Translations under genes and position numbers: made by a program
Notes under the pieces: model-generated
Databases searched by the model: none
The model's input: only the letters and a program-made list of their open reading frames with translations
What the model was told of the DNA's origin: nothing
Shown here: one piece after another, positions 1 to 8,658 of the stretch
Layout: the number at the start of each line of letters is the position of its first letter
How positions within the stretch are numbered: position 1 is the stretch's first letter
Virus record (IMG/VR): IMGVR_UViG_2599185221_000008
DNA: 64,000 nucleotides
Direction: 5' to 3' (one strand)
Source: an uncultured virus (IMG/VR IMGVR_UViG_2599185221_000008)
Taxonomy: Duplodnaviria; Heunggongvirae; Uroviricota; Caudoviricetes

Positions 1-1878
1 CTATGCTTCTTCTTCTATATCATCCTCAGACACATCATAATACATTGTATCGTGAGGAAGTTTAATATTTGGCACCCAGATTGCTTTTCCACCCCATCCC
101 TTAGTACCAGTCACTTGATACATGGTCAGAACTACTTTGTCATGGAAAGTGCCACCTAGTTTCCAGTCGTTCGGAGACAACAAGGCTCCTGTCCCTTGTG
201 CAACATCTCTTCCTCTTCTGACAATCAAAATACCCTGTCCAGCTGGTTGTTCTGAAAGAAGTGTATCAATGACAGAAAGGAATGCATCTAACTTGAAATC
301 TGGGCTAGCAATAATGTGAGATAATATTTTCTTAATTAACCTCAAATTTACCTGGTAATAAGGATCATCATTGGAGAAAGGCTCCAATAGTTTTGATATA
401 TCATCTATGGTGTTATTATCTGGGTAGAACGGATAATAGTTCGTTCCCCCTGAAAGGATATTGACTCGTTTGTTATCAATTACATTCCTTCGAGTTGGAT
501 TCAATCCAATTGGATAATAAATTTTTATGTTTTCAATTCCTTGCTCTACTTGTGCGATAATGGCATTATTAGTAGCGTTAATGTCCGCAAATAATTTATA
601 GAGTTGTTCATCTATAAATATCTTCATCATGCCAGAGTCTCTGTCATAACCAAACATCCTACTATGTTGCCACATAGTATCCGCCTGAGGCTTTTTGCTG
701 GTTCTTGTATAATAAATTGTCTGTAGCCCTGGAAAAGTTACGCCTCGGCCTAGAGTGTTTCCGCCTACGATAAAATTACAGCCTGTTGCATAATCTGGAC
801 TCTCAACATCTGTTTTTCCATTCATAACAAGAATTTTTATCCCTTTGTTTTCCAACAAATCCTTAGTAGTTTTATAGATAACTTCAAAAGAAAGTTTCTC
901 ACTTTTGTTGGGTTCTAAAGAATCATAGTGGGTTTGTAATTCTGTGATGAATTCGGTATTGATATGCTCCATACACCAATCTAGTTCCTTTGCGACATCG
1001 TCAGCAAAACGCTGGTGGACATTTTGTCGTACGCTCGGATGTAGAAGGCAATTTGATACTTTTCCTTTTGATGCTAAAATCTGAGCAGATACAGCAAGGT
1101 GGCGTATAACAACACTTCGTGTCGGTCGTTTGATAGTTTCAAGAAAATCAATGCATTCAGGTTTACCGCTTGTTGGAAAGAAAAAGTCTCCACCTAAATA
1201 GCCATCCCCTGGATGGAAGTAGTATGTAAAATATGGATGCCAACCAGACGCAAGGGTCTGTAATAAGATTGCTTGAGGCGTACCTGTAACCTGTAAGTAT
1301 AAGCTACTTGATGCTCCATTTTTTATAGAATCCAGATATCTATTAATTGATGACTGACTATTACGGTTTATTAGAGTATTTAAGGAAGCCGCATCCGCCT
1401 CATCATCAACGATGAATAGAGGGTTGCCCTTCATAAAGCCTGTAGAATTAAATACATTTGCCCACAATCTTAGTACTCTTGCATTTTTCTTTAGAACGAC
1501 AATGGCTGGCTTAACAAGGCTATTTTCAATAAATAAGCCTGAGTCGTTTTCGCCACAAATACAGAAGCCGTCTAAGTCGTCTCTAACTCGATCTAAGGTT
1601 TGTTGTTGCAAGACAACATTGTCTGTTGTGAGTAAGATGAATGCGGGAAATCCTAAATCTGCAGCTTTGCACATAACGCCAAACATTTGACCAGTTTTTC
1701 CAGATTGCACATTACCAAACAACAAGCCAATCTCATGACTTATAAATGAAAAATTGCGAATATGTTGATTGCCAATATCTTCAGCTGTTTTGGAAATGGA
1801 CTCAGCTAATTTTTCGTTACCTCGCTCTTTTATTTTTTGCAAGTATTTTTTTAAATATTGCATTGATACACCTCTCAT
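1..1878 (-). CDS. SF2 helicase-like ATPase with Z1 domain (H.CglI/N.NgoAVII-like restriction partner)
   Basis: Walker A GNVQSGKT, Walker B IVDDEAD, Z1 motifs GGNTLGRGVTFPGL and PQADTMWQHSRMFGY; overlaps the PLD nuclease stop. Confidence 0.85.
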   Translation of the reverse strand: MRGVSMQYLKKYLQKIKERGNEKLAESISKTAEDIGNQHIRNFSFISHEIGLLFGNVQSGKTGQMFGVMCKAADLGFPAFILLTTDNVVLQQQTLDRVRDDLDGFCICGENDSGLFIENSLVKPAIVVLKKNARVLRLWANVFNSTGFMKGNPLFIVDDEADAASLNTLINRNSQSSINRYLDSIKNGASSSLYLQVTGTPQAILLQTLASGWHPYFTYYFHPGDGYLGGDFFFPTSGKPECIDFLETIKRPTRSVVIRHLAVSAQILASKGKVSNCLLHPSVRQNVHQRFADDVAKELDWCMEHINTEFITELQTHYDSLEPNKSEKLSFEVIYKTTKDLLENKGIKILVMNGKTDVESPDYATGCNFIVGGNTLGRGVTFPGLQTIYYTRTSKKPQADTMWQHSRMFGYDRDSGMMKIFIDEQLYKLFADINATNNAIIAQVEQGIENIKIYYPIGLNPTRRNVIDNKRVNILSGGTNYYPFYPDNNTIDDISKLLEPFSNDDPYYQVNLRLIKKILSHIIASPDFKLDAFLSVIDTLLSEQPAGQGILIVRRGRDVAQGTGALLSPNDWKLGGTFHDKVVLTMYQVTGTKGWGGKAIWVPNIKLPHDTMYYDVSEDDIEEEA

Positions 1879-3023
1879 TCGTTAGTAATTGTTTCAAACG
1901 ATAAAACCCACACATCAAGCTCGGTGCCATCTTCGTCCAATGCTTTCTGATCTGTTTTTGAAAGTACAAGGCTATCGCAACCGTATGCTTGTAACATTTC
2001 TTTCGTAATCATTCCCTTACGATCAGTATCAGCTTGGGTGTCATTAACTGGTGTTACTAAACCTGCTGCTGCAAGTCTACCTTTAATCCAACGACCAAGA
2101 ATGAGTTCATCGCCAACAGCACTGAATTGTTTATTGCCATCGCTTGTGGTATGAGCTTTAAACCAATAGCCATCATCGGTTACAACAAAAAAAGGCTTGT
2201 TTTTTTCAGGGTAACCTTCTGAACGAGTTATCGCTTTGCTAACAGTCAATTGAGTTTCGTACCAATCACGGGATTTCCTTTTACTTCGTGGTGCGGCATA
2301 GCTAACATTTATATTTGACTTTGTGAAATGCTTACCATCATCCATATGCCGCTCATCGTAAGCAGGAACTTTTAATGGCAGTACAAAAGAAACGTCTGTT
2401 TTATGCTGTTCATAAAGCTGTACACCAGTTTGGGGAATCTGTGTTACCGTATCAATGCCACTAAGTGATGTGTTAACTTCCCTGACTATTGGCATTCCTA
2501 TAATGTTAGCAATATTATCAGAGCAGTTCTGAGCCTTTAGCTTCTCTAAAAATTCAGCAATTTCTTTACATTCAGTAGCATCATCAGTAACCGATGAGAT
2601 TTCATATTGCCTACGGTTATTAGCATCTAATTTGATTACACCTAAGTTTGCGGAACCAATAATAGCAGAAAAAGGTTGCCCATCTTTATAAAAGCAGTAT
2701 ACTTTTCCATGATATTTGAATGCTTTTACGATCTTAATTTCACCTATACCAGTCTCTGTCCATTTTTTGTTGATTTCTAAAGCAGTATTATATGATCCTT
2801 CTGGCATTCCTTCGATGAAGTACATTCCAATGGTAAGGCATATACTAGATATATTATGCTCTTCGACCAGATTGTCGAGTTCTTCCAAGGCAACACGAGA
2901 AATATATCCAACCGCAATTTCAACACGGTCTGATTTTGCAATTTGCTCGTTAAAACAATTTATAATTGTTTGTTGACCCTCTGATGTTCCAAGAGGTAGG
3001 ATGTTTGAATATAACAGTTTCAT
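1875..3023 (-). CDS. PLD-family restriction endonuclease, NgoFVII/R.CglI-like
   Basis: IAVGY, YHGKVY (HxK) and IIGSANL PLD motifs, plus a C-terminal putative B3-like DNA-binding region; start moved to the ATG at 3023 following SD AAGGAG. Confidence 0.85.
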   Translation of the reverse strand: MKLLYSNILPLGTSEGQQTIINCFNEQIAKSDRVEIAVGYISRVALEELDNLVEEHNISSICLTIGMYFIEGMPEGSYNTALEINKKWTETGIGEIKIVKAFKYHGKVYCFYKDGQPFSAIIGSANLGVIKLDANNRRQYEISSVTDDATECKEIAEFLEKLKAQNCSDNIANIIGMPIVREVNTSLSGIDTVTQIPQTGVQLYEQHKTDVSFVLPLKVPAYDERHMDDGKHFTKSNINVSYAAPRSKRKSRDWYETQLTVSKAITRSEGYPEKNKPFFVVTDDGYWFKAHTTSDGNKQFSAVGDELILGRWIKGRLAAAGLVTPVNDTQADTDRKGMITKEMLQAYGCDSLVLSKTDQKALDEDGTELDVWVLSFETITNE

Positions 3024-3027
3024 TAGC

Positions 3028-3258
3028 TCACTCCTTTGTTTTTGGTGGGGTTTCTGTAGTTTTTTCAATCTCCATAATATCTGAAATATCGCAGTTAAGC
3101 GCCTTACATACTTTTATTAAAATGTCAGTATTAACATTTTCATTTTTTCCAAGCTTAGCCATTGAAGCTGTACTAATACCAGCTGCTTCTCTTAAGTCCT
3201 TTTTTTTCATATCTCTATCAATAAGAAGTTTCCATAGTTTTTTATAACTTATGGACAT
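3028..3258 (-). CDS. XRE/Cro-C1 HTH regulator heading the restriction operon
   Basis: SYKKLWKLLIDRDMKKKDL...ICKALNCDISDIME-type HTH_26 signature; SD GAGGTG. Confidence 0.9.
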   Translation of the reverse strand: MSISYKKLWKLLIDRDMKKKDLREAAGISTASMAKLGKNENVNTDILIKVCKALNCDISDIMEIEKTTETPPKTKE

Positions 3259-3313
3259 AATATCACCTCGCCTTAGTACCTAGCCTAAGTTAATAAATAA
3301 AGTTTATCACAAA

Positions 3314-3384
3314 GTTAGCGAAGCAACAATTAAAATTCGCAAACGTAAAATAAATGTTGAGGCAATCAAAATACATGTTATAAT
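3314..3384 (+). promoter_or_regulatory. Inverted-repeat operator (GTTAGCGAA-N13-TTCGCAAAC) and sigma-A-like promoter TTGAGG-N16-TATAAT with extended TG
   Basis: Read directly in the divergent intergenic region. Confidence 0.55.
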
Positions 3385-3459
3385 TTACCTATGAACTAAT
3401 GTTTGAATAGTAAAAATCCTTAAAGATATTAATTTCATATGGGGTGAGGAGGGAGTGCC

Positions 3460-5328
3460 TTGGCGGGTAATCGTTCTTTTAAAGATTACGTGGATGGTAG
3501 ATTCTATAATGAGATATTTTCTGCCATACAAACCTATGCAACGGATAATTGTGAAGATTTAGACTTACGGTTATACAGAGTTCAAAACATTGGCGGCATT
3601 GAGTTATCAGATATAGAAGTAAAGTTCGTATCTGTTAATGACTTACCGGACATGAAAATAGAATTTGATGTTGCTGTTGAAGCGGAATTCGAAGTCCGTG
3701 AATCAAATCATCGTTATGATGAATCAGAAAATTGCCGGCAATGGTTTATGCTAGAATGCTCAGGTGATTTGGATTGCAATTTGGATGATTTTTCAATCTC
3801 TAGTATAACGGAGTATACTAGCAAAAATAAGCAGCCGAAACCTATGTCAGACTCCCTTGTCCCTATCATTCATAAGGAACAACTAGAATCTGTTGCCACA
3901 GACTTCCTTAGAAGACATTACCCTGAAGCATTAAAAACCCCAATGGCAGTTGAGCCACAGGTGTTGGCAGAAAAAATGGGCCTTACAGTAGAAATGAGGG
4001 AGATTACAAAGGATTTCTCTGTTTTTGGGCAGATATACTTTCACGACTGTGATGCAGAATTTTATAATGTAGACATCGATGAAATGGTACAGACCCGTGT
4101 GAGTGGCCGTACAATAATCGTGGACCCTAAAGCTTACTTCCTTCGTAATCTGGGATCAGTCAATAATACTATTGTGCATGAGTGTGTTCATTGGGATCAA
4201 CATAGAAAAGCATTTGAATTGGAGCGGTTGTATAACAGCAGTGCCACACGAATCAAGTGTCAGGTGGTCGGAGGTATAAAAGACAATACCAGAGATGCAA
4301 CTGACTGGATGGAGTGGCAGGCGAATGCCCTCGCTCCAAAGATACAAATGCCACTTGCTATGTTTAAAACCCAAGCGTTCAAATTTATTAAGCAATTCCG
4401 TTCAGAACTGGGAACATCTGAACTTATAGATGTAATGGAGCCAGTTATTGATGCATTAGCAACGTTCTTCAGTGTATCTCGGACAGCAGCTAAAATCCGA
4501 ATGATTGATGCTGGATATGAGGAAGCAATCGGAACCTTTACTTACATAGATGGTCGCTACGTCAAGCCTCATAGATTTAAGAAGGGTGCTCTTGAAAGAA
4601 ATCAGACCTTTTCTATAGGTGCAGAGGATGCTGCCATCCAAAGCATAACCAATCCAGAAATGGCCGCTTTAGTTAGGGACGGAAGTTATATATATGTAGA
4701 TTCCCACTTTGTCTTAAACCATCCAAAATATATAACGCAGGATATATTTGGACAGACTGTACTTTCGAACTATGCACGAACCCATATGGATGAGTGCTGC
4801 TTGGTTTTCGAGTTATCAGTCAAATCTGGGTGCAAGGAAAGATATTATACTGAATGTTTTCTCAATCGTGATAAGACATCGAATATTGATTTTGATATAA
4901 AATATTGTAATGGTTTTGAGTATGCGGCTCCAGAAAAGAAGGCCCAACTACTAGCCGAAACAATAGCTGAAGAAATGCGAATCTATAATGAATTGCCAAA
5001 TAGCTATACCAGCTCTCTTAAAATAGTTCGTAAGTGGAGAAAAGTAACTTATAACGAATTAGCAGAGGAAATAATGGTCAATGAGCGTACCATAAGAAGA
5101 ATAGTTAATGGTGAAGAACCAGGCTCTATTAATTCCATAGTTTTAATTTGCCTTGGACTTCATCTGCCACCTAAAATTAGTAACCATATAATTAGCAATT
5201 CTCCATTTTCGTTGAACTTCAATAACAATAGTCATATTTGGTATGATTTTGCATTGACTCACCTATATCCAAAATCGATGGATGAGATTAGAACATTTTT
5301 ACAGGAACATGGCGCAGAGCCATTATAA
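3460..5328 (+). CDS. ImmA/IrrE-family metallopeptidase fused to a C-terminal XRE HTH
   Basis: TIVHECVHW (HExxH), EWQANALAPKIQMP, FSVSRTAAKIR; C-terminal TYNELAEEIMVNERTIRRIVNG HTH; TTG start with strong SD. Confidence 0.8.
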   Translation: MAGNRSFKDYVDGRFYNEIFSAIQTYATDNCEDLDLRLYRVQNIGGIELSDIEVKFVSVNDLPDMKIEFDVAVEAEFEVRESNHRYDESENCRQWFMLECSGDLDCNLDDFSISSITEYTSKNKQPKPMSDSLVPIIHKEQLESVATDFLRRHYPEALKTPMAVEPQVLAEKMGLTVEMREITKDFSVFGQIYFHDCDAEFYNVDIDEMVQTRVSGRTIIVDPKAYFLRNLGSVNNTIVHECVHWDQHRKAFELERLYNSSATRIKCQVVGGIKDNTRDATDWMEWQANALAPKIQMPLAMFKTQAFKFIKQFRSELGTSELIDVMEPVIDALATFFSVSRTAAKIRMIDAGYEEAIGTFTYIDGRYVKPHRFKKGALERNQTFSIGAEDAAIQSITNPEMAALVRDGSYIYVDSHFVLNHPKYITQDIFGQTVLSNYARTHMDECCLVFELSVKSGCKERYYTECFLNRDKTSNIDFDIKYCNGFEYAAPEKKAQLLAETIAEEMRIYNELPNSYTSSLKIVRKWRKVTYNELAEEIMVNERTIRRIVNGEEPGSINSIVLICLGLHLPPKISNHIISNSPFSLNFNNNSHIWYDFALTHLYPKSMDEIRTFLQEHGAEPL

Positions 5329-5352
5329 AAAATCAAAATATTTTTGAAAAAG

Positions 5353-5508
5353 CGGACACGGGATGTCCGTTTTTTAGTTGCAAAATATGTGAGCCATACA
5401 TGAATCCTTTTAGGGGTTTGTGTATGGCTTTTTTTATTGTCGTTTTTAGGTGTTTTTGTGAGGGAAAGCCTAATTTTAAGCCTGAAATTAACGGGCATGA
5501 GGTGTCCG
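5353..5508. promoter_or_regulatory. Two palindromic operators CGGRCA-N5-TGTCCG (5353-5369, 5492-5508)
   Basis: Both copies read directly; they flank a terminator hairpin. Confidence 0.6.
5392..5436 (+). terminator. Intrinsic terminator after the peptidase-HTH gene
   Basis: GCCATACA...TGTATGGC stem followed by a T-run. Confidence 0.7.
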
Positions 5509-5541
5509 CCAAGGCTGTCCAATTCTCTCTTACAATAATAC

Positions 5542-5800
5542 TAGACGAAGGAAAGGTCCTTCGTAGTTAGCAAGAATTAGACCATTCCTCGTCTACAAAA
5601 AAATATCAAATGCCTGATTTGCAATAAGGGCAAAGGATACATATTGCTACGTTTCAGTCCGTTTAGGATTGTTATGCGTTGCAATAAAAGTACCTTACCT
5701 TGTTGCGCTCATTTTCAGGACAAAGGGTCTGTGTACTTCGAGGCACAGACCTATTTTTGTATCCTTTGCCGCCAATGCAGTCCGGCGGAAAGGATGCAAA
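5542..5800 (+). ncRNA. Putative structured cis-regulatory leader RNA of the sigma-like gene
   Basis: Multiple stems, including a perfect 13-bp 5629-5641/5758-5770 pairing and an alternative SD-sequestering hairpin 5759-5797. Confidence 0.55.
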
Positions 5801-6334
5801 ATGAAAATTAGAATTCAGCACGAAAACAAATCTATCTATCTAGAGGTACCAGACGAGGACTTCACTTTAATGATTGATGCAGATTACGAGGACAGGCTAT
5901 CTTCTGTCGAGGAGAAGGAAACTGTAGCACGCCGTTCACCACAAGAGATTATGGACGAGCGTTTCAACAAACCCGAGTACAATAACTGGCATAAATTTGA
6001 TAGACACAGAGGGATGCCAAAGAAACCATTCCGCAAAGATGACGAATCTGAGGATGCAACGGATCATATGGACTATTTCCCTGATAACACCGATGAAGTG
6101 ACTCGAGAGAAACAAGAAGAGTATGAATACCTCTGTGAAATTATCCGCAAGACCCTCAAGGAAAAACAAGCAGAGTTACTGATTGCTATATTCCTAGATG
6201 GTGTTTCTGTAACAGAGTATGCAGAGCGTGAGGGTGTTAGTAAAAGTGCCATTTCACACCGTTTAGATACAGCTAAGAAGAATTTCAAAAAAGTTTTTCC
6301 AGAATCCTCAACTTTCCCCTCTTGCCACGGCTAA
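5801..6334 (+). CDS. Phage sigma-70 region-4-like factor
   Basis: C-terminal LKEKQAELLIAIFLDGVSVTEYAEREGVSKSAISHRLDTAKKNFKK sigma4 HTH; ATG at 5801 after GAAAGGA. Confidence 0.75.
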   Translation: MKIRIQHENKSIYLEVPDEDFTLMIDADYEDRLSSVEEKETVARRSPQEIMDERFNKPEYNNWHKFDRHRGMPKKPFRKDDESEDATDHMDYFPDNTDEVTREKQEEYEYLCEIIRKTLKEKQAELLIAIFLDGVSVTEYAEREGVSKSAISHRLDTAKKNFKKVFPESSTFPSCHG

Positions 6335-6343
6335 TAGATAGAG
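6303..6343 (+). promoter_or_regulatory. Conserved phage promoter-like motif, copy 1 (AATCCTCAAC-N16-GGCTAWTAGRTAG)
   Basis: Same motif with identical spacing at 10608 and 43987. Confidence 0.65.
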
Positions 6344-6380
6344 GGCAGTACATAAACGCTCTCGGAAAGAGGTGAAGAAC

Positions 6381-6599
6381 ATGAAACACTACTTGAAAAT
6401 CAGTGTTTCAAAAACTCCACAGACTGGCGGGATTGTAACTTGCCGTAATGTCACCATAAGGGAGCGTTTCCTCCGTTTCTTACTTGGTGATAAGCAGAAA
6501 CTGACTATCCTTGTTCCGGGTGACACCGTACAGGAACTCGCCATTAGTGAGATTAAGGAGGGAGGATTAAACCATGAGCAAAATCAAACTACTTCTTGA
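6381..6599 (+). CDS. Conserved phage hypothetical protein
   Basis: ORF with SD GAGGTG, first gene of the replication operon. Confidence 0.7.
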   Translation: MKHYLKISVSKTPQTGGIVTCRNVTIRERFLRFLLGDKQKLTILVPGDTVQELAISEIKEGGLNHEQNQTTS

Positions 6600-6897
6600 T
6601 GTGGTTTCAGATATGCGCTCTTTGGCAGACAGCATACAAGCGGTTGCCGATGCAATGGCGGGCAATGAACCTGTCGAAGCAAAAGAGCCGACTTCACCTG
6701 TAAAAGAACCTGCGCCAAAGAAAAAGGAGATCACTCTAGAGGAAGTAAGAGCAAAACTCGCTGAAAAGAGTCAAGCCGGTCTTACTGCTCAAGTAAGAGA
6801 AATAATCCAAAAATACGGTGGCTCTAAATTAAGCGAAGTGGCCCCAAAACATTATGCAGATATGTTAAAAGATGCGGAGGTACTTGGGAATGAGTGA
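6574..6897 (+). CDS. Conserved phage protein (C-terminal ITLEEVRAKLA...LSEV domain, often mislabelled rrp5-like)
   Basis: Typical gene upstream of DUF2800; SD GGAGG. Confidence 0.7.
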   Translation: MSKIKLLLDVVSDMRSLADSIQAVADAMAGNEPVEAKEPTSPVKEPAPKKKEITLEEVRAKLAEKSQAGLTAQVREIIQKYGGSKLSEVAPKHYADMLKDAEVLGNE

Positions 6898-8038
6898 TCA
6901 TGCAGTTCTTTCCGCATCAGGCGCCCATAGGTGGCTGAATTGCCTTCCGTCTGCACGATTGGAACTGGAGTTTGTAAATAACGAATCCAGTGCAGCCGCT
7001 GAAGGCACCGCCGCCCATGCTCTCTGTGAACATAAGCTTAAAAAAGCACTTCACATGAGAAGTAAGCGTCCTGTCTCAGTTTATAACTCCGATGCGATGG
7101 AAGAACACAGTGATGCCTATGTGGAATTTGTAATGGAACAGCTTGAGCTGGCAAAGCAGAGCTGCACAGACCCTTTAATACTAATCGAACAGCGTCTTGA
7201 TTTTTCCTGCTATGTTCCACAGGGATTTGGAACCGGTGACTGCATCATTATTGCAGATAAGAAACTTCACATTATCGATTTCAAGTATGGCATGGGAGTA
7301 TTGGTGGATGCGGTGGACAATCCACAGATGAAACTGTATGCACTGGGTGCTTTAGAAATTTACGATAGTTTGTACGACATCGAGGAAGTGTCCATGACCA
7401 TTTTCCAGCCACGCAGAGAGAATGTCAGCACATGGACAATACGGGTAGAGGATTTAAAAGCTTGGGCAGAAAAAGAACTAAAACCAAAGGCAAAAAAAGC
7501 TTATGACGGTGAAGGTGAATATCTTCCGGGTGAGTGGTGTACTTTCTGCCGAGCGGCAGTTAAATGCCGTGCTAGGGCTGAGGAAAAACTGAAATTGGCA
7601 CAATCGGAGTTTAAACTACCTCCACTACTTACGGACTCTGAAATCGAGGAAGTTCTATCTAAACTGTCCGACCTTACGAAATGGGCAAATGAAATCATTG
7701 CATATGCCACCGATGCAGCTGTTAATCATGGGAAAGAGTGGCATGGTTTTAAGGTTGTTGAGGGCAGATCTGTCCGCAAATACAAGGATGAAGATGCTGT
7801 GGCTGAAGTAGCCAAAGCAAACGGTTATAAAGATATCTTTCGTCAGAGTCTCATCACTCTTACGGAAATGGAAAGGCTGATGGGCAAATCAAAATTTGAG
7901 AAGATACTCGGTGATCTTATATACAAGCCACCGGGAAAGCCGACTCTGGTCCCGCTATCGGATAAGCGTCCGGCTATGAACGTATCAAACGCAAAAAACG
8001 AATTTAACGAAATAACGGAGGAATGTGAATATGAATAA
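6890..8038 (+). CDS. DUF2800 PD-(D/E)XK (Cas4-like) nuclease
   Basis: HAVLSASGAHRWLNC, GTGDCIII, IIDFKYG, NPQMKLYALGA, WCTFC. Confidence 0.85.
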   Translation: MSDHAVLSASGAHRWLNCLPSARLELEFVNNESSAAAEGTAAHALCEHKLKKALHMRSKRPVSVYNSDAMEEHSDAYVEFVMEQLELAKQSCTDPLILIEQRLDFSCYVPQGFGTGDCIIIADKKLHIIDFKYGMGVLVDAVDNPQMKLYALGALEIYDSLYDIEEVSMTIFQPRRENVSTWTIRVEDLKAWAEKELKPKAKKAYDGEGEYLPGEWCTFCRAAVKCRARAEEKLKLAQSEFKLPPLLTDSEIEEVLSKLSDLTKWANEIIAYATDAAVNHGKEWHGFKVVEGRSVRKYKDEDAVAEVAKANGYKDIFRQSLITLTEMERLMGKSKFEKILGDLIYKPPGKPTLVPLSDKRPAMNVSNAKNEFNEITEECEYE

Positions 8039-8579
8039 TAAAAACAGAACGAAGGTTATCACTGGTGTAAACACACGTCTCAGCTACTTTCATGGCTGGG
8101 AACCGGTATCCATCAATGGTGGGGCAGAAAAGTATAGTGTATCGGTATTGATTCCTAAATCGGATAAGGAAACCATTAATGCCATCAATGCAGCAGTTGA
8201 TGCTGCTATTGAAGAGGGCATTGCAAAGTTTGGTGGTAAAAAGCCAAATAAGGCTGCTATCAAGCTACCACTTCGAGATGGTGATGTAGAACGAGATGAT
8301 GAGGCTTATAAAGGACATTATTTTGTAAATGCCAACAGCACTACTCCGCCTCAGATTGTAGATAAAGCAGTCAAGCCTATTCTGGATCGCAATGAGGTAT
8401 ACAGTGGTTGCTATGCAAGAGTGTCACTTAATTTCTATGCTTTCAATTCTAACGGTAACAAGGGTGTGGCCTGTGGACTTGGTAACATCCAAAAGATTAG
8501 AGATGGAGAGCCTTTAGGCAGCAGAACCACAGCGGCTGATGATTTCACCACAATTGAAGATGATGATTTCCTAGCATAA
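8031..8579 (+). CDS. DUF2815 ssDNA-binding protein (T7 gp2.5-like)
   Basis: LPLRDGD, VYSGCYAR, GLGNIQKIRDGEPL, acidic tail DDDFLA. Confidence 0.85.
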   Translation: MNNKNRTKVITGVNTRLSYFHGWEPVSINGGAEKYSVSVLIPKSDKETINAINAAVDAAIEEGIAKFGGKKPNKAAIKLPLRDGDVERDDEAYKGHYFVNANSTTPPQIVDKAVKPILDRNEVYSGCYARVSLNFYAFNSNGNKGVACGLGNIQKIRDGEPLGSRTTAADDFTTIEDDDFLA

Positions 8580-8658
8580 CAGCTAAAGTATGAATACAAA
8601 CGGGGTGGTGGAAGTTGTTCTTCTGTCACCTCGTTTGCATTGGAAAGGGTGGTAATAC

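Noticed and set aside
5669..5800. N-terminal extension of the sigma-like ORF in the ORF track
   Set aside because: Upstream non-ATG start has no SD; the ATG at 5801 has GAAAGGA, and the region is better explained as structured leader
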